This document shows, one piece after another, positions 15,301 to 41,954 of a DNA stretch of 64,000 nucleotides. Origin of the DNA: Bugula neritina (taxonomy: Eukaryota; Animalia; Bryozoa); assembly GCA_964035545.1 (NCBI GenBank), contig OZ037768.1:11812741-11876740 (forward strand), given 5' to 3'. The position numbers were made by a program, and so were the translations under genes. Numbering within the stretch: the first letter of the stretch is position 1; every line of letters starts with the position of its first letter. The notes below the pieces were generated by a model. That model did no database searches, was not told where the DNA came from, and saw only the letters and a program-made list of their open reading frames with translations.

Positions 15301-18226
15301 CACACAGCTTGTCTCTCTCAATCATCTGCCATGCAATAGTTTCTCTACATAATCAAACATGTGATGATTTTATGACTGTGTGACTCACTAAATAAATTGT
15401 GCAGTAGTTGAGTAGTTGTCTGCCCTTAGAACTCATGCTATTACTTACGTTTGTAGAATTCAATGCTCCCTAAACCCCACTTTTAGCTGCAGTTTGTGTC
15501 ACCTTTTGTGTTATTTCTGTCACTAAATACGCTCAAACAATCAGTTTCTGTTAACTTTTTTCTTCCGAGTCTAACGCAGTATCTTTATTAATATTTCTTT
15601 TGTGTTCTTTCGCCATTTGCTAACAACTTATTATTTAAATTGACTGTGAAATTATTTGATACATGGTTGGTATGTTGTCAACCATTGCCCATGGATGTAT
15701 AACCAGTGTCTGTTGTACTTGTAGTCCTACCAGTCCCATCAACAGCCAACAGAAGGAACACTCATTCAACGGGTAAGTCCATCACTAAATGCCATGGTTA
15801 TATCAAATCTACTTCTACAGTTTCACTAGGCTACTCATTGGTCAGCTCACTCTGTAAGGCTGTCAGCTATTCACTGAAATGTTCTGTGTTTGATTTTAGA
15901 ACTCGGCTTCCGCGAAACAAATCTACCAGCAGCAGCCGATCTATCCCATCTCCCGTCAGTAATAAGGGCTATGCCAGTTTATCAAGGGTAGGTGTTAGTA
16001 TATACGTACATAGTATATACGTATATGGTATATATGTACATGGTATATACGTATATGGTATATACGTACATGGTATATACATACATGGTATATATGTACA
16101 TGGTATATACGTACATGGTATATACGTACATGGTATATACGTACATAGTATATACGTACATGGTATATACGTACATGGTATATATGTACATAGTATATAC
16201 GTACATGGTATATACATACATGGTACATATGTACATAGTATATATGTACATGGTATATAGTTTGCATGTCCTGAGTTATCAATGGTTAGATGTCATATTG
16301 GAGAAGTGTTGTCAAGTAGACAGAGAATAAAATGGTAAAGTTACCATTAGGAACATGAATATTGTGTTATACTCAGTCAACTAACATGTAAATCACAACT
16401 AAACTTCACATAAGGCCCTTGCATAACATGTTGGTTAATGTTTACAGGTTTCCACTCCGATCCATCGTACCCATCAGAAAACAGTGACTTATGTTTAGTC
16501 TAGTGTTTCCTACTCTAAATACATGTTAGCAATTAAGTACTCGTTGATTATACTTTAGAATGTGTAGTTTATTATTCAGTGTTTTACTTATGTTAGTTCC
16601 CATAGTTGAGAGTGTGTGTAGTGTTGCACAGACATATGTTTTGTTGTCCACAATAGCACCAAGCTCTATTCTTGAACTTTCCGAGCACCTAATTTAACTA
16701 AATAAGCTGTATTTTTATTGTTAACACAGGATAGAGGTGCCCAATCACCCAAGACTTCACAATTAGCCTCATTGCCTCGAGATTCTCCCATCAATTCTGG
16801 TGCTATGAGGTCTCCTATGACCACTAGCATCGGCTCTGCCGCATCTCATAGCCGCCTTGATACTGTCTCCACTAGTCACGAGTCTTTAGATCTTACCAAT
16901 ATACCACCAGAATGGTCTGCTTCTTCTGAGGTACCTCCGGTTTTGACCCCTGATGCTAACGCTAACACAAATCCATTCTTTGATAGCCCCGAGATTCGGG
17001 CGTTTCTCTTTGGTACATCGGATAGTATGCTTGGAGAGTTGCCAAGTGTTAGTACTGTTGCTAAGGGGAGCAGTACTGTTGCTAAGGGGAGCAGTAAGGT
17101 GCACTGTGCACCTAACAGCTCATCTCCCCAGCATAACCTTAATCTCCTCCTTCACTCCTCGCCTTCTGCACTTCTAGAATCTGTTGTTGATAGTCCAATG
17201 AGCATATCACCCGCTGGCAGTGTAGCACCTCTTGCCTCTTGTGAAGATGATGCGGATTTATGCTCTCCTGGAGTAAGTTAACATGACCCCCACCTGTTAG
17301 CCGCTGTCACTGAATGGCTGGCTGGCGCATGACCACTGGATGCTGTTAGCAATAACCTGCCACCCTCACTCTGCCGGGCCTATCATTGCATGGAGTTGGT
17401 ACATTTGCTACTGGTTGCTATCATACTTTTTGTTTCCTTGAGTTGCTGCATGACCACTTTCTTGCTATCTATCATACTTGTGCACAGTTATTGAGAAAAC
17501 AGATGGTTCGTCTCTGCGTAGCCGTGCCCTGCCTATTTTATTATGGTTCAGGCCTCCGCAGCAGCTGTGGTGTACTTATAACTATACTGTGTAATCAGTA
17601 GCTGCTTCTGCTGTGCATGCCCCCTCTATCCGTGGAAGCTTCTACGGTAGGCCAACTTCTATCGGCCCACACCGGTCTACTTACACATGACTGCCACTCT
17701 GTAAGACAAGAGAATTCATGCTTAATCTGTCATGAGTTGTGATCTTTGAGTTTCTTTGCCAACTCAGTGGAGTTTTTTGCTGTTGAAGTCATGCATGAAT
17801 CCTGACCAACCCGGTGTGCCTTTTATGATTTTAATGTTATATAATGAGCAGTTTTATCGTTTTATATTACTTGTGTGTAGTGTATATAATAACCACCACC
17901 TGTATTAATTTTCTATTTTAATTTCTTGAACTCAACTTATTTTATTTCAACAAAAATTTATAAATAGAATTATTGCTAGCAGATATTCGCTCCATTTTAA
18001 TCAAATTTGTCAACTAGTCGTAACAATAGAATTATATTTTATATTTCAAATAACAATTTGTGATGTATAAATTTAGGAAGCATCAGGTGAAGGATCTAGA
18101 TCGAAAAAGCATTTCACCAGCCGACAGGACTCGAAAACAAACGGAGACGTCTTTTCAGCCAACCCATTACCAACACCTGCACCCCGTAAATATGAAAAGA
18201 GAGTATGTGTGACTACGGAACTATGA
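400..18226 (+). CDS. EPB41L5: Band 4.1-like FERM + FERM-adjacent protein (EPB41L5/EPB41L4B/yurt orthologue), 5' end outside window
   Basis: Phase-consistent GT-AG exons: 400-442, 2062-2140, 2502-2602, 3944-4064, 6580-6673, 6928-7016, 10386-10502, 10832-10969, 11460-11618, 12431-12684, 13044-13232, (13877-~14074/14098), 14519-14573, 15209-15286, 15725-15772, 15900-15987, 16730-17272, 18077-18226. Translation includes [88 protein letters not shown] and [15 protein letters not shown]. It ends ...CVTTEL*, like the EPB41L5 C-terminus. Exon use in the C-terminal half is less certain. Confidence 0.92.
2718..2926. repeat. Degenerate tandem repeat built on the palindrome-rich core AGAGTAGTACTAGTA
   Basis: Repeated (a)gtagagtagtactagta units with ~90-bp higher-order duplication. 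A related array lies at 7437-7615. Confidence 0.8.
3735..3850 (-). mobile_element. Decayed 3' end of a CR1/L2-type LINE ORF2
   Basis: Minus strand reads [14 protein letters not shown], followed in a shifted frame by ...PAFKEY. This resembles the 'FS.RGPRLWN.LP...FK' C-terminal signature of L2/CR1 ORF2, with TGG mutated to TGA. Confidence 0.45.
7437..7615. repeat. Degenerate ~20-bp tandem repeat (AGTAGTACTAGTTACTGAGG-like)
   Basis: About 9 imperfect units sharing the AGTAGTACTAGT core with the 2718-2926 array. Confidence 0.8.
15998..16258. repeat. 15-bp minisatellite (GTACATGGTATATAC)n, ~17 copies
   Basis: Directly visible. It explains the spurious YVHGI/MVYTY/YIPCT ORFs. Confidence 0.95.
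16448..16498 (+). CDS. Candidate alternative terminal exon of the FERM gene ([16 protein letters not shown])
   Basis: Acceptor tttacag at 16441-16447. Phase 0 matches the donor after 15987. 16 sense codons, then TAG. Ends in a T-x-V class I PDZ-binding motif. Confidence 0.55.
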   Translation, partial: VSTPIHRTHQKTVTYV

Positions 18227-18988
18227 GTTTGTGTTGACTCAGAATGAGCTGAATATTTATTACTCTTAGCATGTGGAATATTAGTACTCTGTATCAAGTC
18301 TTACTGTTTTATTATTATGCAGTATAAATAGAAGCAAGACAATTCCATGTCAAAACATATTATATATATACAGTATAGTATATCAGAACCATTTTAGTAT
18401 TTTATTGAGCAAACTCATGTAGTCAGAACTAAAAGTTTTATCTCATGTAATATATTCCTAGTAGTGATTATCATGCTACACTAATTGTTTATTTTAATCA
18501 TATTTTGCATATTGTAGAGGTTTTTTCGCTTTTCTTTCAACTCAAACATTTGCTGTTAGGTGCTTATAGCTTTGAGATGCTATTTCGCCAAATTTTCTCT
18601 GTGCATTTTTCAGCATGATGTTCTCTTTATTTATGAAATAGTATCACAGCGATATCAATAGGCAATATTTTACTACATGCTACAGCGATCATACATATCA
18701 AACTTCGCCATAGAAATCCGAATGCCAACCAAAAGCCTGTTGCCTGATGTAATGCTATATTATTGTCAGACCATATCATGAGATTTATTACTGCAACACA
18801 TGGTATGGTAATGCTGTGTTCCTTCTGTAATTATGTAATTTTAGACTAGACTTTCTACTTTTTTATTCAATATATTCTAAATATTATAATTATTTTTGGA
18901 GCATCCTCCTATTATTTACTTAAAATGATTCGATATTTTGAAAAAATAAATTGAACTACTTAAGCCAACTAATAATATGACATTTTTG

Positions 18989-29014
<10,026 letters not shown>

Positions 29015-29611
29015 TTTTGTTTTGTAGAAATGAACTAAGATATTAAATATTAATATTACTATAATATAGTCTGTATAGATATATCATACAATGAGAACAT
29101 GAATAACAATAACAGGCTTGATTATTAGTCGTTAATTTAGAACACAGCTTTTGCTCAAGTAGAAGGAAAAATATGTATCTAGCTTTAATAGTTTGCATCT
29201 TGCATTCTATAATAAAATCATATTGCAATAACAGCAGTAGAAAGCATCATTTTCTAATTGAAAAAAAACATCTGACAAGCAATGGTGAGTTTAAAAAAAA
29301 ATCATGATGGTATTTTTAAAAATAGAATTTACAACTTTTAAAAAATAATTTCAACATGCAGCCTGACCAAAAGCTGTATCTAAACCACTACACTATCGTT
29401 CTTTTTCCTGTAATTTGCGCAGCATAAGCAGAGTTGTCCACCCTATAAAATTAAAATATTCTGAATATTATATTTATGAACACATTTCATCAATTAAAAC
29501 ATAAATTAATACTAAAATAAAGCTAGATTCAGATAATGCTACAAGTTTGACTTACTTTTCAACTTTTGGTGCACTTCAAGTTTTTCTCTTATTTATCTAC
29601 AGTATCTATAT

Positions 29612-30057
29612 TGTAATGGCTAGCTGAAGTGGAACACTCCCTGTGTCCTGCTAAACATGTGCGATAGTTTATGGCCAGTCATGCCGCTTCTACCTTAGTC
29701 ATTCCGTCTTTTATGCGGCAGGCACCGCAAGTTAATACGGTCAGGACGGCGTAATATAAATACCCCGCCAGTTAGACAATAACAAGTAGAATATAGGTCA
29801 ACCAATCAGGGTCGACCTCCTGCATGTAAACTACACCTTCCGGCGCCCACTGACACAGGAGGACTGGACTAGTAACTAGTAGGCTAACTTATGTAGTTAT
29901 TGTGACAATTGTTTATCTCTTTTATCGACTGATGCACATTCTTTTTAATTTGTGTATTGTTTACTGAAATATATTCTCACGTTCCTGATCTACTCGGATC
30001 CTTACATAACCTCGCATTAGGATGCAGTAACTAGTAACACACAATAAGACTCACAAC
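29612..30057 (+). mobile_element. Solo-LTR-like relic distantly related to the LTRs at 30199/31657
   Basis: Starts TGTAATGG and ends ACTCACAAC, like the intact LTR read on the minus strand. Shares CCAATCAG and aggact(c)gga(c/g)tagtaac. No clear TSD. Confidence 0.5.
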
Positions 30058-30198
30058 TAGTAGTGCACAAAACTACAACAATATTCTATAATATATGGAC
30101 ACTCTTTTTTTAACATACATGCAATAACATACGTGATGCATGTAGCATGTAACTAGCGCATGGATTTCTGCAACCCATCTAACGTTCTATTTAACAAG

Positions 30199-30549
30199 TG
30201 TTGTGAGTTTTAGCACAATTATCAAGCGTGGATTGCCTGCCTGCGTATTTAATGTCAATTTAACTAGTAATCACTAGTCTGGCTTGCGTACGATAACCTT
30301 TATTTAATTCGATAAACATAATTCTAACACCACATCAAACTATTATACAACACTGATCAATTATAAACACATGTTACTACTCCGAGTCCTTGCTCTCAAC
30401 AACACATGGTTTCTGCTGACTAACCCGCGAACAGTCACTTGACCGGAACCTTGCCTTCCGGTCTCTCTGATTGGATAGTAGAACATAGTTATAAGTATTC
30501 CCACGCAGGAGGGGACGAACCCATTATTATACTACGTAATCCCATTACA
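30199..30549 (-). repeat. 3' LTR
   Basis: Near-identical copy of 31657-32003, preceded on the minus strand by the PPT. Confidence 0.92.
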
Positions 30550-30835
30550 CCGCCCTTACTAGCAGAAAGCCCCACTTTCTGATGAAAACAAAACAGTAAA
30601 ATAATGTAAAAAAGTAAAGAAAACCCACAAAGAGAAAGAAGAGAAATATCAAATACATGTACGACATATGTATATAAGTAAGATAAACAGACGGCCAACA
30701 CACAGCTGGCCAGCTACAGAGAGAGAGAGAGAGAGAGATCTGGATCGTCACACAGATATTAGCAGATCAAGCATTTACACGATCACAATGTAGTACCCCG
30801 AGGATAGGCGGGGTGGAATTGTCAACTTCCAACTC

Positions 30836-31621
30836 CTAGTTTTGCAGGGACTGGATTCGGTGTCGTGCTTGCCGTGCACGTAGTCTACGCTTAAGGCGTC
30901 TTACTGAGCCCTTCAGTTCACTAAGGCCTATCGTAGTACTGAGTAAGTCGGGGGCCAGTTGAGTAAATTCATCCTGCAGTCGTAGGAGTCTTTCCTCGAC
31001 GGTTGCTAGTAGGTTAGGCCTGGTTGGAGCTGGTGTCGCTTCTTCTGGGGAATCTGATGCTTCCATGGGGGTGTTGTCTGGCAGGGGTATGATTGCAGCG
31101 ACAGTCTTTACCATGGGGGACTTCTGGCGGGCGGCTGTTAGCAGTGTGTAAAACCCGGAGGATAATGCGGCCCAGGTCAAAGCCTTCTTAACCACTGGTC
31201 TGACGGCTTCTAGATACTGGTCGTAATTGTCCGCGTCCACTACATAGCCTTCGCCTGTGAAACAGTCCATCATATGTGCCAAAACGGGGTATGGATAGAC
31301 GTCGTGAAACCCACACGGACAGAAGCGTAATAGGAAGTGTGCATTCACGTGCAGCTGTAGTCCTTGGTGTGAGGGGAGCTCTTCGTAACACACATGGCAG
31401 GTGTGTTGTGACCTACTTGGTCCCCAGGCTTCTTCAATTTGTCGCTCCGTCTGTCGCGACACCCATATGTGTCTTCGACGCAGCACCGCGGGCAGTCCGT
31501 TGTCCATTTCCGGTCCGTTATCCGAGGAGGAGAGGGGGAATAGATCCTGTGACCCGGAGTTGGTCAATCGAGTGTGATCTTCATTCCTCCGAATGGGTAG
31601 CTCTGTGCCTCTTTCTGTCAT
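30836..31621 (-). CDS. 261-aa LTR-element cargo protein with a C2H2 finger, a second CxC..H..C finger-like motif, and a C-terminal coiled coil/basic tail
   Basis: Intact, intronless, GC-rich ORF starting 16 nt after the PBS. Motifs: CHVC-x12-H-x3-H, then FCPCGF...AHMMDC. The C-terminus has a heptad pattern (VEERLLRLQDEFTQL...LSELKGSVRRLKRRLRARQARHR). Confidence 0.8.
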   Translation of the reverse strand: MTERGTELPIRRNEDHTRLTNSGSQDLFPLSSSDNGPEMDNGLPAVLRRRHIWVSRQTERQIEEAWGPSRSQHTCHVCYEELPSHQGLQLHVNAHFLLRFCPCGFHDVYPYPVLAHMMDCFTGEGYVVDADNYDQYLEAVRPVVKKALTWAALSSGFYTLLTAARQKSPMVKTVAAIIPLPDNTPMEASDSPEEATPAPTRPNLLATVEERLLRLQDEFTQLAPDLLSTTIGLSELKGSVRRLKRRLRARQARHRIQSLQN

Positions 31622-31637
31622 CTTGATATACGCAAAG

Positions 31638-31655
31638 ATCCCACCGCTGCCACCA
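31638..31655 (-). promoter_or_regulatory. Primer-binding site complementary to the tRNA-Leu 3' end
   Basis: Plus strand ATCCCACCGCTGCCACCA equals the 3'-terminal 18 nt of metazoan tRNA-Leu(AAG/TAG) including CCA. The minus strand reads TGGTGGCAGCGGTGGGAT. Confidence 0.9.
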
Positions 31656-31656
31656 C

Positions 31657-32003
31657 GGTTGTGAGTTTTAGCACAATTATCAAGCGTGGATTGCCTGCGT
31701 ATTTAATGTCAATTTAACTAGTAATCACTAGTCTGGCTTGCGTACGATAACCTTTATTTAATTCGATAAACATAATTCTAACACCACATCAAACTATTAT
31801 ACAACACTGATCAATTATAAACACATGTTACTACTCCGAGTCCTTGCTCTCAACAACACATGGTTTCTGCTGGCTAACCCGCGAACAGTCACTTGACCGG
31901 AACCTTGCCTTCCGGTCTCTCTGATTGGATAGTAGAACATAGTTATAAGTATTCCCACGCAGGAGGGGACGAACCCATTATTATACTACGTAATCCCATT
32001 ACA
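31657..32003 (-). repeat. 5' LTR
   Basis: Minus strand TGTAATGGG...CTCACAAC, containing a CCAAT box and AATAAA. The PBS follows immediately. Confidence 0.92.
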
Positions 32004-33178
32004 CCAGGCAACAATTATATAAAATACATTTAAGATTAAATGCTTGAATATTGCATATAAAGTGAAGACTATCTCTACATACTTTATGAAACAGTTATCT
32101 TACCCTAATGTTACATTTTAAGCTATAGATTTCTTTACAGAAGTAATCGCTTACCTTCAGATACAAAGAGAAATGTAACTCTTCAATAACTTACTGAAGG
32201 TGAATTAATCCTTTAAGTTGAAAGGCCTTAATCATTATACATTTTTGTGTATGTTTAGACATTACAGTTGATAAAATACAAAATTAGGTTTGAAACTAAT
32301 ATACTATATTATATAATTTGCAATACAGCAGAAGGGATTAAACAAATAATTCTTTGACAGGCACCATTGCTAGACACTATTAAAGCTTATTTTTAACTGT
32401 TGTCTGCACTTGAAATAAACCGCTAAGCAAACTTTTCAACAGAGTATGAGGCTCAGAGAAACACAAACAAGTCGCATTAAATTCCTAATTGTGAGCTTGC
32501 AATAAAATTAAAAATCCTACATGTTATTATTCCTAAATAAGTGAACACTTCTTGGGTTATGAGGCGTGAGGTAGGGTGAACTGATTGAGCTACAAGTGCG
32601 TAGAGCAATACATTAACTGATGAGTGAATGTATAAACATTTAAAAAACACTTGTAAAAGTAGTAATACTTGATGCAATGTGGTAAAACTTTATTCATCAG
32701 AAATAATTACAGTGAGTTATTAAAAGAGTAGTTACAACACCACAATAGTTTATCAACAATCCACCCGAAGCTGTGAGAGAAAATATTCAGCCAACTACTT
32801 ATGGTAAGTAAAAGCATATATTTAAAAAACGGTAACAATATAGGCGAAAGTATTTCTGAGCCACTTATTAGTACAAAATCATTGAAAGAATGAGTTGAGG
32901 CCTTAGCAAGTTGCAAGTCAACTGAATATTGTAATGCATCACACAGTTTACTCACTTCCACTCATTCACATTCATGTGCTTTTCGACTGACACAAATTGC
33001 AATAAATTAAAGGCAAGAAAAACCAAACAATAACTGATTTAGAAATTAATTACAGAAATTTTGACAACAAATCTGTCAAAATATATCAAATGTGCAGACT
33101 TGACAACATTTAAAGAATCACTATACCCATAGAACACAAGATATATTATGATAGAATGTGTCGAGGAAGAAAAGTATT

Positions 33179-39321
<6,143 letters not shown>

Positions 39322-41490
39322 GTCTTGATCTTAGGGCACACCTAAAATTAAAAAGAATAGCTACTAAACATATTGTTTTCAAAAGTTGCAAAAACACAGT
39401 TAAATGTGTGAAGCAAATAGAGTTAGACAGGGTAGCGTGTCAATAGATTTTTGCCAATAAGGTTGATCTGGTGAAAAAGTGAAGAACAATGGTTAACAGT
39501 GCAAAGCAATTTCGTGTCAGGAGGGCCCAAACCCCACTTATAGGCAAAATATTTGTTCCAACACATCAGTATATCTTACTTTTTATATAAATTATGCATA
39601 TGTTGTGATTTAAATTTGCTAAAATTGATTTAATATAGCATTTATTGATGTGGATACAAACATTTAGGCCAGAGATTATTCTGCTTAGTGAACTGTTGAC
39701 AACTTTACTAGTTAACTTTCCCTTTTAGGGTTAATTTACTAGGGCTGATTGTGAGTATTAAAACTTCACAGAGACACAAGTTTTAAAATCTTACAATATT
39801 TTGGCACAGAGATAGACTTTGAATCAGGTTTTACTTTTTAAACTATTAATTCAATGTGTCATTTATATACCAAATTTAGAAATGTCTATAAGTTCCACAA
39901 CTTTCTTTTATACCAATCTGCATTAGCTAATGTATAGGTAATGCAATGTGAAACTTGATAATAAAAAAATCAATTGCCAACTGCAGCTATAATTTAAGTT
40001 TTTGAAATAGTTCAACATAAATTTACTGCATGTATTAAACAAATATATGTTCACAAATGCTTAAATTACAATTTGTTTAATTTTAATTATGAAAACTCCA
40101 AGTAGCCAGTAGCACCACTAATTGCACTATACGCTTAGACTGCTGAATTGTCCTGTCTAATCTGACAAGCCCTTCTTTACAAAAGTCGTCATTGTGAACA
40201 ATTAAAATCCTTTATTGATTTAAATAAGTTTAGGCCTCACCGATTCAGCTTTAAGTTGGAATATGTGCACACACAAATAAATTATACATCATCAAAGAGC
40301 AAACGTATTATTCAAACGCATTATATATAGGTAAGTGATCCTTTTTAAGAGCTTTTGCCTTCCTATGTTGTAAAATATACTTTTACAAGACAGAAAATTA
40401 GTTCAAATTTTGAGCTTAAAAATGTCTGATATAAAATAATGCTAGATCAGAAATTCTTTTTTTAATTCTATGGTTCTAAGAAGTTTCAATAAAGTTTATT
40501 TAAAATAAATCAAATAACTTTTTGAAACTACATTTGCTATCTTGTGTTATCTTGCATTATGATTATGATTATCATTATGAGTTATTGTAATATAAATATA
40601 TATATTCATCATTAATGAATAAATATAAATTTAAATGTTTACCGGGAAGAAAAAAATTAAACAGGTACCAAAAGGTATGACTATAATACTCTATCAGTCT
40701 ATGGTCTATGAGCATCCGTGTATCACCATCACTGTGGCCATGAAAATTTTTTGATAACTATACATATACTCATACTGATATTCATACTGAAATTTCTATT
40801 GCGATTGTCATTGAATTTGATCATCATTAAGTTTAAGTTCAACTGCCTCACAATCCTAACCATAATAAATAATGATAAAAGTAAAACTAACAGTAGCCTA
40901 ATTGTGAGAGACAAAGTTAGTTAGTTACTGTAAGTGTTAGACTTAGAGTGACTGATTTAGAAAAAAATCAAAATGATCATCAGTATCAGTGTGACTATGA
41001 ATATCACATTCATTATGACTGTGAGTATCAGTATGACCATGACTAATAGTAATAGTAACAGTATGAGACTATGAGTAACACTAACAGTAACAGCATCGGC
41101 AAGACTATGAGTATGGCCATGCTTTTAACTTCAAGTTTAACTCTAAGAGTAAGAGTAAGTCTAAGACTGTCAGTGTCACTATCAGTATGAGTGTATCACT
41201 ATAAACTTGAAATTAATATTTTCATTTTGATAATCATAATGATATAATAAACTTAATTGCCATAGTTGTTCTACGAACTTCAAATGAGTTTAAAGGCACC
41301 CAGGTTCAAAATGGGTGCCTTGAGACTTCGTGATAATCATTGCTGCAATCACAATGACAATGTCAAACTCAATGTGAACGATTGCTTCAGGAGCAATTAC
41401 CATCACTATCAGTATGAGTATTAGAAGTACGAAGTCCAAAGAGTGAGGGATTTATATAACCTCTTTACTCTATACTTTATAGTGAACTTT

Positions 41491-41700
41491 AACCAATGAA
41501 CTGGAAATGATATTATTTCTAGTTCAGTGGCTCTAACGGCCTAGCCCCCGAAGTAATGGTCCCTAACCAATAAAAGTTATTTATAATTCAGCCAGAATGC
41601 CATATCCTTAGAAACCTAGGCGCGGAACTAAGAACTTTAAAGTTGCCTACCCACAAACGCGATGTGGCTAAGAAAAACCGCATCTCATTGAACCAATAAA
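41491..41700 (+). promoter_or_regulatory. Cluster of three AACCAAT (NF-Y-type CCAAT) boxes upstream of ZRANB2
   Basis: aaccaat at ~41491, ~41566 and ~41691, 260-460 bp upstream of the ATG. Confidence 0.4.
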
Positions 41701-41954
41701 AATTATTGTAATAAATTATACCCAGATACACATGCTATAAGTGAAATCGCTAGATTTACCCATCTACATTAGTTATAAGCGGCGCAATAAATGATTGCCA
41801 TATTAATATTTTAAGGAAACTCAAGTTAAATTGCAAATTGAAGTTTAATGTTCTCAAGCCTTTAGAATTAGTGTACACAGTTCCAATTTTGTAATTATTA
41901 ATAAACACAAAATTTGTGAAATTAACAGATACGTATAGTTATATTTAATCATTA

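Larger units (their letters stand above)
30199..32003 (-). mobile_element. Non-autonomous LTR retroelement, 1805 bp (TRIM/LARD-like, probably Ty3/gypsy-derived)
   Basis: Direct repeats at 30199-30549 (351 bp) and 31657-32003 (347 bp), TG...CA. They differ by one 4-bp indel, one internal substitution and one terminal base. PBS at 31638-31655. Purine tract AGTAAGGGCGG abuts the 3' LTR on the minus strand. Flanks caag/ccag are a possible 4-bp TSD with one mismatch. Confidence 0.93.

Noticed and set aside
15969-16330. Several overlapping ORFs (YVHGI, MVYTY, YIPCT repeats)
   Set aside because: By-products of a stop-free 15-bp minisatellite inside an intron.
30836-31621. Interpreting the LTR-element ORF as Gag
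   Set aside because: It has classical C2H2 spacing in the N-terminal half rather than a C-terminal CCHC knuckle, and no recognisable capsid motif. This cannot be fully excluded without a profile or structure search.
40718-40924. Hydrophobic short ORFs in intergenic tracts (also 51567-51827 and 52434-52685)
   Set aside because: The alternating residues reflect 6-bp or 3-bp periodic AT-rich DNA, not membrane peptides. No splice or start support.
41293-41321. Perfect 10-bp hairpin aaggcaccca...tgggtgcctt
   Set aside because: An isolated short palindrome. It could occur by chance in 64 kb, and intrinsic terminators are not relevant in this eukaryotic context.
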